From NCBI GenBank assembly GCA_964489845.1, contig CAZAZV010000003.1, positions 1-51,307 on the forward strand: a stretch of 51,307 nucleotides of DNA. The letters run 5' to 3'. Of the stretch, positions 27,795 to 35,487 are shown piece by piece (position 1 is the first letter of the stretch; each line of letters starts with the position of its first letter). The position numbers and the translations under genes were made by a program. The notes under the pieces are model-generated. The model ran no database searches. It was not told where the DNA came from and was given only the letters and a program-made list of their open reading frames with translations. This DNA is from an uncultured Candidatus Saccharibacteria bacterium. Its GTDB lineage: Bacteria > Patescibacteriota > Minisyncoccia > UBA6257 > GWB1-50-10.

Positions 27795-28958
27795 TTAAAC
27801 ATGATGCCGTAATGCCCTCAGGAGACCTTCGATGTCTTTTTCATAACTGTACCCTTGGATTATCTTGGATGATTCTTCGCCGAATCTCCGGCGCATGGTT
27901 TCATCCTCTATGAGTTTCTTCAATTTTTGTGACAGTTCCTCAATGTCGCCCACGGGAAATCTGAAGCCGTTCACGCCATCGTGCACCAGGTCAAACCCCG
28001 AGCCGGGCAGGTCTGAAATCACTACGGGGAGTCCGAAATTCATTGCCTCATTCACGACCAGACCCCACGTTTCCCCCGCACCAGACGGGAGTACGAAGAT
28101 GTCCGCGAGCGTGTAGTATGCAGGCAGTTCGGTTTGATTTTTAAATCCGACGAAATGAACGTTCTCTAGCTTGTGCTGCTGCACATACGCTTCCAGAGCA
28201 AGGCGCAGCTCGCCGTCACCGGTGAATATCACATGAACGGCCGGCGCATGACAACTTGCCTCAAGCAGCGCGAATGCTTTCAGTGTGTCAAGTGGGCGCT
28301 TCTTGGGAATAAGTTTGCCGACGGAGAGCACCACGATGTCATTCGGACCGATACTATTTTTCTCCCGCAACTCATCGCGCTTCGGTTTCAACTCATGCGC
28401 CGTTTCTTGAAACCGCATGTTGTCCACCGCATACGGCGCAAAGAAAAGTTTTGTGTCCGGGACTCCGTAGTACTGGTAGAATTTCTTGTTCTCCTCGCCG
28501 ATGTAGAGGAATCTGTCAATGAGCTTGAAAAGCACGCCGCCCAGCAGCACCTTCTTTACAAATCTTCGTTTTGGTTCTTTCATCAGTTCTTGGTTCAGGG
28601 GACTTTCACCGAGCAAGAGTGTTTTCATCCCTAATAGTTTCGAAAGGAAAATTGCTCCCCAGTTTGTAAAAGAATTCCATCCGTATACAAGTAGGAAATT
28701 CGGCTTATCTTCTACCAGCCACTTCAACAAGTTGGTTACGCCTTTCAGGAAATGATAACGGTAGCCGTCGAGAAGCGGTACGTCCCATTTAATTTCTCTA
28801 TTGAATTCCTTATCGAAAAACCCCTCACCGCGGATACTCACATCGCTTTGAAAGTAAACCCTCAACTCCAGTTCCTCTCGTGCTGAAATCTTCCGGAAGA
28901 GCGGCGCCTGGTACTGGATGGGATGCGAGGTCAGTATGGCAAGCTTGATTTTACTCAT
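27795..28958 (-). CDS. Glycosyltransferase family 4
   Basis: Start at MSKIKLAILTSHP, an ATGA overlap with the upstream methyltransferase gene. The C-terminal part reads GETWGLVVNEAMNFGLPVVISD. Confidence 0.85.
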   Translation of the reverse strand: MSKIKLAILTSHPIQYQAPLFRKISAREELELRVYFQSDVSIRGEGFFDKEFNREIKWDVPLLDGYRYHFLKGVTNLLKWLVEDKPNFLLVYGWNSFTNWGAIFLSKLLGMKTLLLGESPLNQELMKEPKRRFVKKVLLGGVLFKLIDRFLYIGEENKKFYQYYGVPDTKLFFAPYAVDNMRFQETAHELKPKRDELREKNSIGPNDIVVLSVGKLIPKKRPLDTLKAFALLEASCHAPAVHVIFTGDGELRLALEAYVQQHKLENVHFVGFKNQTELPAYYTLADIFVLPSGAGETWGLVVNEAMNFGLPVVISDLPGSGFDLVHDGVNGFRFPVGDIEELSQKLKKLIEDETMRRRFGEESSKIIQGYSYEKDIEGLLRALRHHV

Positions 28959-29677
28959 TGTTTCGCTTCGACAATCAGATTCTGGGTGAAAATATCGCCC
29001 GGGGTACCCGTCTCGATACGTAAGAAGAGCTTCGAGCACTGTTCGATGCACCACCAGAGGACGTACCTGATAAACGATTTCGCCCCATGAACAACGGGGC
29101 GCTGTGGATATACGTTTATTTCCCGAAACCCCGCGACTTTCAACAACTGCTTTATGCTTTGAGCGGTGAAGGCCGTTTCATGAGTGAAGTCACCGTGCCG
29201 CAGCCGCCCCCAGAAAAGATTCCCCGCGTTGACCGTCTGCGCAACGAATGCGCCATGTTCCCCAAGTGATTCACGTACTATCTCAACGAGTTCCAGCAAC
29301 TCGTCTTTGGGGAAATGCTCGAGAAGGTCTCGCGCGAACACGAGGTCGAATTTTCCTCTCTCCCTGCCTAGAAACTCCCTCACGTCGGCAACTCTTACGT
29401 TCCGTATGCCCAGTTTCCCCGCTCGCTCCATCTGTTCCTTACTCACGTCTATGCCCTCTGCGTTCTCGTACCCTCGTTCTTGGAGCCAGTACACGAACCC
29501 CCCGTCGCCGCATCCCGCATCCAGGATTCTGGCACGCTTCTCGCGGGGCAGAAACCTCCCGTAATAACTCTCCCACGTTACGAAATGCCCCCGTATATCT
29601 GCGAGAGATGGCCTGTGATACAAATCACCCGTGTGCGTGCTTATATATCGCTCGTAAAACTTATCTCGGTAACTCAT
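28955..29677 (-). CDS. Class-I SAM-dependent methyltransferase
   Basis: ILDAGCGDGGFVYWL followed by DLVFARDLLEH. Confidence 0.85.
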   Translation of the reverse strand: MSYRDKFYERYISTHTGDLYHRPSLADIRGHFVTWESYYGRFLPREKRARILDAGCGDGGFVYWLQERGYENAEGIDVSKEQMERAGKLGIRNVRVADVREFLGRERGKFDLVFARDLLEHFPKDELLELVEIVRESLGEHGAFVAQTVNAGNLFWGRLRHGDFTHETAFTAQSIKQLLKVAGFREINVYPQRPVVHGAKSFIRYVLWWCIEQCSKLFLRIETGTPGDIFTQNLIVEAKQ

Positions 29678-30704
29678 TGTGGTCCCGGGAACCCACGTCA
29701 GCCTCCACCATCATCCTGACCAATTCATCAAATTTGGTTTTCGGTTCCCACGCGAGTTCTCTCTTTGCTTTCGAAAAGTCAGCTAAAAGGTTTTCTACAT
29801 CCAGCGGCCTGAAATATGCCTTGTTTACCGAAACCAATTCTTTTCCCGTTTCCCCGTCGAAGCCCCTTTCTTCGACCCCCCTGCCGCGCCACTCGATGTT
29901 AATATCTACACTGCCAAAAGCTGCTTCCACGAAATCTCGCACGCGATAATTCTTGCCCGAACCGATCACGTAGTCATTTGGTTTCCCCCGTTGAAGCATG
30001 AGCCACATAGCTTCTACGTAGTCACCTGCGAATCCCCAATCCCTTCGACTATCGAGATTCCCCAACTCCAATTTCTCGGCTTTACCTTCCTTGATTCTCG
30101 CCACCGTTGACGTGATCTTGCGGGTAACAAACTCAAAGCCGCGCCGGGGCGACTCATGATTGAAAAGTATTCCCGAGCATGAGAATATGCCGTATGCCTC
30201 CCGATAAAATTTGGTCAGGTGAAAAGATGCCAGCTTGGATATCGCATAGGGGGATACTGGATGAAAAGGCGTGCGTTCATTCTGTGGAGACTCTTCCACA
30301 CTTCCAAACATCTCGCTGGTACCTGCGAAATAGAATTTACAGTCGGATCTCAGGTTCTTGATAGAATCCAACAAGTAATGAGTCCCGTTTATGTTGGTCT
30401 CGAGGGTTCCAAAATCATCCTTAAACGAAAGGGCTACCTGGCTCTGGGAAGCAAGGTGGTATATTTCATCTGGCTGAACAGTGTGAATCATCCTCCATAC
30501 GGTGGGGAGATCCCTCACGTCTCCGTAATGGACGGTTATCTTATCCAGGATGTGGTTTATTCTCGAAAATCTCTGACGTTGGTCCTCAAAGGCTGCTCTC
30601 CGGACAAGTCCATGAACCTCGTAGCCCTTTTTCAGAAGAAGCTCCGCCAGATATGAACCGTCCTGCCCCGTTAAACCCGTTATAATAGCTCTTTTTGTGT
30701 CCAT
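29661..30704 (-). CDS. gmd: GDP-mannose 4,6-dehydratase
   Basis: AIITGLTGQDGSYLAELLLKKGYEVHG, SPYAISK and GILFNHESPRRG. Confidence 0.92.
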   Translation of the reverse strand: MDTKRAIITGLTGQDGSYLAELLLKKGYEVHGLVRRAAFEDQRQRFSRINHILDKITVHYGDVRDLPTVWRMIHTVQPDEIYHLASQSQVALSFKDDFGTLETNINGTHYLLDSIKNLRSDCKFYFAGTSEMFGSVEESPQNERTPFHPVSPYAISKLASFHLTKFYREAYGIFSCSGILFNHESPRRGFEFVTRKITSTVARIKEGKAEKLELGNLDSRRDWGFAGDYVEAMWLMLQRGKPNDYVIGSGKNYRVRDFVEAAFGSVDINIEWRGRGVEERGFDGETGKELVSVNKAYFRPLDVENLLADFSKAKRELAWEPKTKFDELVRMMVEADVGSRDHNELPR

Positions 30705-31756
30705 AGGTTGCTGAGAAGAATTTTAATCCTGTTGCTGAAACTATCAAGCCCAAATTCACTCATGATTCGAGTCCTCAAGTAATGCTTGTCGAGGAGTCGT
30801 CCCGGTGCTTCTCCCTCTAAAACACGAAGAAGTGTTTCCTCTATTTCGCGACGATTATCGGGGTCAATTAAGAACCCCGTCTCTCCATTTAACACGGCGT
30901 CCCGAGATCCATCTTTGTTGCCTGCGATGACTGGTGTCCCGCAAGCCAATGCTTCAAGGAACACTATACCAAATCCCTCTCCCTTGCTCGGCATGATGAA
31001 CACACGAGCGAGATTATAATATCGTGCGAGGTCCTCATCACTTACTCGACCAGTGAGCACCACGCTATCCTGTAGATTCAATCTCTTTACCAAACTCTCA
31101 ACTCTTTCTCTGTCGTTGCCTTCTCCAACCAGCACGTATTTTACGCGCGGGTGTTTTCTCTTTATGTCGGGGAGGATTTCTATAACTTTGTCGTATCCTT
31201 TATACGCTTCGCTTGAGTTGAGCCGCGCCACAGTAAGGATAATTTCATCTGAAACTTTCAATCCTAGTTTCTTTATCGCCTGCTCATTGCTTCCCTCCTG
31301 TATATCGAACTCATCACCGTTGACTGTGGGGGGGAGCATTGTGATTCTTTTCGGAGAAATTCCCGCCCCGCTCACCATTTTGTCGAATGTGAACTTTGAT
31401 ATCGTGACGACCTGAATTGCTTCCCTAAGATACTCAATCTTCGCTCTTTCGTTCTTTAGATTCCACACCTCTATTCCATATGTGAATGCCACATACTGTA
31501 TCCCCACGATTCGATGGAGATAATAGGAAATGGGCAGGAAATTGACGTGACTACAAAACGTAGCCGACGGTTTTGCAAAAACCGCTCCAGCGATGGCTTC
31601 AAGGATGAAAACTATCTTATGGAAAAGAGTCGGACCACGCAGTTCAACAAGATAAACTTCAACTCCGAGCTTCTTCAGAGCATGTATAACGTCTCGATTG
31701 TATCGCTGAATACCGCCGACCCAAGAGAGTTGAGTGGAGAGGAAAAGAATTTTCAT
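30680..31756 (-). CDS. Glycosyltransferase family 4
   Basis: 358 aa with PSKGEGFGIVFLEALACGTPVIA. Confidence 0.88.
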   Translation of the reverse strand: MKILFLSTQLSWVGGIQRYNRDVIHALKKLGVEVYLVELRGPTLFHKIVFILEAIAGAVFAKPSATFCSHVNFLPISYYLHRIVGIQYVAFTYGIEVWNLKNERAKIEYLREAIQVVTISKFTFDKMVSGAGISPKRITMLPPTVNGDEFDIQEGSNEQAIKKLGLKVSDEIILTVARLNSSEAYKGYDKVIEILPDIKRKHPRVKYVLVGEGNDRERVESLVKRLNLQDSVVLTGRVSDEDLARYYNLARVFIMPSKGEGFGIVFLEALACGTPVIAGNKDGSRDAVLNGETGFLIDPDNRREIEETLLRVLEGEAPGRLLDKHYLRTRIMSEFGLDSFSNRIKILLSNLWTQKELL

Positions 31757-32640
31757 AATGCTTGACTTCGGTTCGTGGCGATGAAGTCTCGAATATGCTC
31801 CTGCAGGTCGCGTTTCGGAGTCCAGCCCAGTGCCCGCACTTTGCTTGTGTCTATATCCGAATCCATCCTATTCCCCGCCCGTGCCGGGAGCATCGTTACA
31901 GGGGCGCCGAACATTTGAGCCACTTCCAGTATCGAATGCTTGCCCTCCGAGCCGATGCCGAACCCATCTCCCACACCATCGTCGCCGACCAAGAGCAAGC
32001 CGGTGATGATGTCGTCAATGTGCGTGAAATTTCTCTTTTGCGTCCCCGGTGACACGACGGTCAGCGGTTTACCCTCACGATACAATTCTTTGAAAATGCC
32101 GATAACTGTCGCGTACGGTCCAGTTGTAATCTCGCCCGGCCCGTACACGTTATAGAAATACGCGATGGCGTGCGGGACACCAAACCACGAGCCGTAATTA
32201 TTTACCAGCTCCGAATTACTCGCCTTCGTCCAGGCGTACGGGCTCTGATTTCTGCCCAAACCCCCATCCCCGAATTTCGTACTCGAGCCGGCGTACACGA
32301 TTCGCGTGTTGCGCTTGCGGCAAAATTCCAAAACGGCGAATGTGCCCGCCTTATTCAAGTCCCAGACGAGCGGAACATCATCAAAGCTTTTTTCCACCCG
32401 CGAATATTCGCCAAGGTGGAAAACGATATCGGGTATTTCCGGAATCAGTCGCTCTATGTCTTTGGTGTGCCCCTCGCGATAGTCGGCTCCGGGAACATGA
32501 TTGTCTTTGGAGCCGGTGAAGTAATTGTCGAGTGAAATGACTCGGTCCCCACGGGCAACAAGTGCCCTCACTAGGTGTGAGCCGATGAAGCCGGCGCCCC
32601 CCGTTACTAAGACTGTCTTTGTTGTTCCCTTCTTATCCAT
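31753..32640 (-). CDS. NAD-dependent sugar-nucleotide decarboxylase/epimerase (UDP-glucuronate decarboxylase-like SDR)
   Basis: VLVTGGAGFIGSH, LDNYFTGSKDN and YAWTK. Confidence 0.8.
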   Translation of the reverse strand: MDKKGTTKTVLVTGGAGFIGSHLVRALVARGDRVISLDNYFTGSKDNHVPGADYREGHTKDIERLIPEIPDIVFHLGEYSRVEKSFDDVPLVWDLNKAGTFAVLEFCRKRNTRIVYAGSSTKFGDGGLGRNQSPYAWTKASNSELVNNYGSWFGVPHAIAYFYNVYGPGEITTGPYATVIGIFKELYREGKPLTVVSPGTQKRNFTHIDDIITGLLLVGDDGVGDGFGIGSEGKHSILEVAQMFGAPVTMLPARAGNRMDSDIDTSKVRALGWTPKRDLQEHIRDFIATNRSQAL

Positions 32641-33442
32641 GCGTCTCGCGCAGTTTTTCGTTCAATTCGTCTGCTTTCTTGTGCAGCTGCAAATCGACAC
32701 CGATGGAGTCGGCAAATTGTATGAATGCTTTCATGTCTTTCGGGAAACAGGCGCTGTTTTGAAGGCCGATACCGCCGTACCCGCGGTAGTCGTCGCACAA
32801 AACGTCGAGATGGCTTCCGCCGATGCGCGCATCGCGGCTCACCGCTTCACGGACGTTATCGTAATTCACGCCGAGCTTCTCGCACACGTCGTACATCTGA
32901 TTCGCGAAAATCACCCGCGTTGCAAGATACGTGTTGCCGAAAAATTTCACCATTTCCGCTTCCGTCGCATGGAGCACTTTCTCGTACGGGGCGCGAGGCA
33001 GAAGTTCGAAAAGTTCCTCCGCGCATTTCCGGTGTGCTTCGTCGACAATCCCCATAATCTGCCGTTCGGGATTCAGGAAATCGTTCACCGCCGTCTTCGC
33101 TCGCAAGAATTCCGGGCTGAAGAGAATAATTTTTTTCGGATGCCTCTTCTGAAATCGCTCCGTGGAACCGGGCGTGATCGTCGACTTTATGACCACCACT
33201 TTCCCGTCATCGATGTTTTCCAGGGTCTCCACAACCGCCGAGTCGTCGTAGCGGTTTTCCTCAAAATGAAACGGCGTCGGGACGGCGACGAAAATAATAT
33301 TCGCTTGGTTTACTTCTTCCGGGGAACCGAGTTCTTTGTATTTGTCGTAGACAAAAAGCCGGAAGCGCTCCGGATGGTTCTCGAACCACTCGCGGAGCGC
33401 GCCGCCGACGTATCCCACGCCGATAATGCCTATCTTAACCAT
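32633..33442 (-). CDS. UDP-glucose/GDP-mannose dehydrogenase-family protein, short form without the C-terminal nucleotide-sugar domain (269 aa)
   Basis: IGIIGVGYVGGA, EFLRAKTAV and the catalytic-Cys motif SACFPKD. The protein ends about 30 aa after that Cys. Confidence 0.75.
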   Translation of the reverse strand: MVKIGIIGVGYVGGALREWFENHPERFRLFVYDKYKELGSPEEVNQANIIFVAVPTPFHFEENRYDDSAVVETLENIDDGKVVVIKSTITPGSTERFQKRHPKKIILFSPEFLRAKTAVNDFLNPERQIMGIVDEAHRKCAEELFELLPRAPYEKVLHATEAEMVKFFGNTYLATRVIFANQMYDVCEKLGVNYDNVREAVSRDARIGGSHLDVLCDDYRGYGGIGLQNSACFPKDMKAFIQFADSIGVDLQLHKKADELNEKLRETHG

Positions 33443-33454
33443 CGTTCCCCTACT

Positions 33455-34042
33455 CTACTTACTTTTTGCGATTGCATCAAGTATGCCTCGCACGCGCGTA
33501 TCATTCGGCCAGAGCACGATAATCCGTTTGCCGATTGCCTCAAGTTTTGCCGTATCCCTCGCCGTCCCGTACAAGTCAAATAATCCATAGAGCGCTTGCG
33601 GCAAGTTCGGACCGATAGCGAGCGCTTTCAGGTAGTAGCTCTCCGCTTTGTCGAAATAATCTTGTTTCTGAAACGCCCGCCACATCATGTCATATGTATT
33701 CGCGATTTGCACGAGCTGCACCACATCACTTTGGTCTATATTGCCCTCCGCAAAGCTCGCAAGCTTCTGCTGCACCGCTTCCGGTGCCTTGCCTGACGCC
33801 ACCGCGCCCTGGACGAGTTCCACAAAAAACTTCACTACCTCTTCTTGCCCGATCGGCGAGCGGTAGTTAAAGACCTTGTTAAACGCGCTTTCTATGCCAT
33901 CGACGGTTGTGAGCGACGGTAAGCTTTCCTGTGTCGCAATATAAAACTGTGCTCTCGTATACGGCAAATACGCTCCGAAATAGATGGAAAGGAGTGCGAG
34001 CGTGATGCCGATACCAATGGTTATATTCTTTATCATAATCAT
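33455..34042 (-). CDS. Membrane-anchored helical (TPR-like) protein
   Basis: An N-terminal TM segment followed by a C-terminal YYLKALAIGPNLPQALYGLFDLY repeat-like helix pair. It overlaps the Wzy_C gene by 4 nt. Confidence 0.5.
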   Translation of the reverse strand: MIMIKNITIGIGITLALLSIYFGAYLPYTRAQFYIATQESLPSLTTVDGIESAFNKVFNYRSPIGQEEVVKFFVELVQGAVASGKAPEAVQQKLASFAEGNIDQSDVVQLVQIANTYDMMWRAFQKQDYFDKAESYYLKALAIGPNLPQALYGLFDLYGTARDTAKLEAIGKRIIVLWPNDTRVRGILDAIAKSK

Positions 34043-35349
34043 GTGGCCTTCAATCGAGGGTTAAGCGCGTACTCGCTCCAGGCAAGGAATGCCCACAGGG
34101 GGAGGTAGATAGACAAAACGTTAAAGAGGACGAGTCCCTGCACCACGTACGCCACGAGTGTCCCGAGAGCGAGTGCCCGCAGAGGCGTATGGCGCTCCCC
34201 TTCTCCCAGTGTGCGTTTTCCCCAAATCCGCCACAGGGCGAATGCAAGCGTTCCGAGGAACGCAAGTGTCCCGACTACTCCGGTCTCCGCGAGGTTATCG
34301 AAGACGATGCTGTGCGCCTCATCGAACCACGCACCGTAGTCGCCTGTCTGCACGTTGTAAAATGCGGGGTCATTGATGTGCTGGAAAAGATAGAGGTAGT
34401 TTCCGGGGCCCCAGCCGAAAATGGGGCGCTCTAGGAATCCTTTCCAGGCGATACGCCACGCGGCAAGACGGGTCCCGAATGTCTGTGCGGAAAGCGAGAT
34501 CTCGAAGATGCGTTTCGCGGGTGAGTGTTGGACGATTGCTGTGTTCTTAAGCGCGAAAAGTGCGCCGCCCAGAACGATGAGTGCGGCGAGTATCCCAAGT
34601 GCCGGCTTGCGCCATTTCTTACTCTGTACCGCCATATAAATGATCGCTCCGATAACACCGACAAACACACCAATATACGCTCCGCGCGTCCCCGTGAGGA
34701 TGAGAAATAGTCCAAAAAGAGCGACAAGGATGGCAAGTAAGAGCTTCTTCCGTATCGCGAGCACGGCGAAAAATGTGGCAAAAATCAGATATGCGGCGAC
34801 ATATGCCGAATTCCCCAGTGAGCCGCTAAACCGCTGACTCCAGCCTCCCGACCCGATAAGGCGCCCGATATTCAGGTTTGCGCCGACACCATAGAGAATC
34901 ATGAGCACCGCAGCCGCCACGAACGTGCCTGCGAGCAGTTTCCACTCTTTATCGCTCCGGAAGAGCGTCAGGAGAAGTACAAAAAATACATAGAGATGCA
35001 GAAGCTGCAACCCACCCTCGCCGCGCTCGAAGTTTGACCAGAACGAAAAATGCGGGTTGATGCCAACAAAGCCCGCAATCAGAAACGCAACCGTGAATGT
35101 CGTTAAGCCAATGAAAAGCGGCGACTTCACGATTTGCCTTAGGCGGTTCAGATATTCGCCCGCTCGTTTGTCGAACGCAAGGCCGAGGAGGAAAAAAACG
35201 AGGGCGAGCGCGCTCGCGGTTCTGAACCATGCATATTTTCCTACAATGAAGGGGAAAAGCGTCGACGTCGTGACAATAACAAGCGCGAAGGGAATTGTAT
35301 AAAGAAAAAGGCGGGATACTTTGAAGTAATCCATGCGCTCATTATGCAC
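34039..35349 (-). CDS. O-antigen ligase / Wzy_C-family membrane protein (ligase, polymerase or O-oligosaccharyltransferase)
   Basis: About 11 TM segments; LTGTRGAYIG, a periplasmic loop with RLAAWRIAW...GWGPGNY, and AHSIVFDNLAETGVVG. The 35349 start is GTG; an alternative ATG lies at 35334. Confidence 0.8.
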   Translation of the reverse strand: MHNERMDYFKVSRLFLYTIPFALVIVTTSTLFPFIVGKYAWFRTASALALVFFLLGLAFDKRAGEYLNRLRQIVKSPLFIGLTTFTVAFLIAGFVGINPHFSFWSNFERGEGGLQLLHLYVFFVLLLTLFRSDKEWKLLAGTFVAAAVLMILYGVGANLNIGRLIGSGGWSQRFSGSLGNSAYVAAYLIFATFFAVLAIRKKLLLAILVALFGLFLILTGTRGAYIGVFVGVIGAIIYMAVQSKKWRKPALGILAALIVLGGALFALKNTAIVQHSPAKRIFEISLSAQTFGTRLAAWRIAWKGFLERPIFGWGPGNYLYLFQHINDPAFYNVQTGDYGAWFDEAHSIVFDNLAETGVVGTLAFLGTLAFALWRIWGKRTLGEGERHTPLRALALGTLVAYVVQGLVLFNVLSIYLPLWAFLAWSEYALNPRLKAT

Positions 35350-35378
35350 CGACGTCGCTCAGTTTTCCAGTACCTCCC

Positions 35379-35409
35379 TTTGTCCGACGCCCGCTGGGCG
35401 TCGGACAAA
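35379..35409. other. Perfect 14-bp inverted repeat (hairpin) in the intergenic region
   Basis: TTTGTCCGACGCCC-gct-GGGCGTCGGACAAA. On the minus strand it is immediately followed by GGGAGG. Confidence 0.6.
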
Positions 35410-35424
35410 ATCACTTGCATTCTC

Positions 35425-35456
35425 AACCAAAAGAGCCCCGAAGGGCTCTCTTGGTT
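35425..35456 (-). terminator. Rho-independent terminator of the surface-protein gene
   Basis: On the minus strand GAGCCC-ttcg-GGGCTC is followed by TTTTGGTTG; it lies 32 nt after the stop at 35488. Confidence 0.65.
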
Positions 35457-35487
35457 CGATTTACGCTATCGAGAAACTCGCGTCAGA

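Larger units (their letters stand above)
25752..27802 (-). pseudogene. FkbM methyltransferase / CgeB-like glycosyltransferase fusion gene, frame-disrupted by an internal 293-bp tandem duplication
   Basis: The N-terminal fragment ORF is 27176-27802 and the C-terminal ORF is 25752-27446. Both encode DVVYDIGANVG...DDLLKEK. Deleting one repeat copy gives one 1758-nt ORF. The C-terminal part reads RSFEIPASGAFML...FFESYEEMKRKVDFYLQHESERKKIA. Confidence 0.8.

Noticed and set aside
26815-27913. Repeated ORF pairs: MQEYGSRRVRS... twice on the minus strand and MLFQEFDIFRQ... twice on the + strand
   Set aside because: They are out-of-frame or antisense readings of the two copies of the 293-bp duplication, not a gene family.
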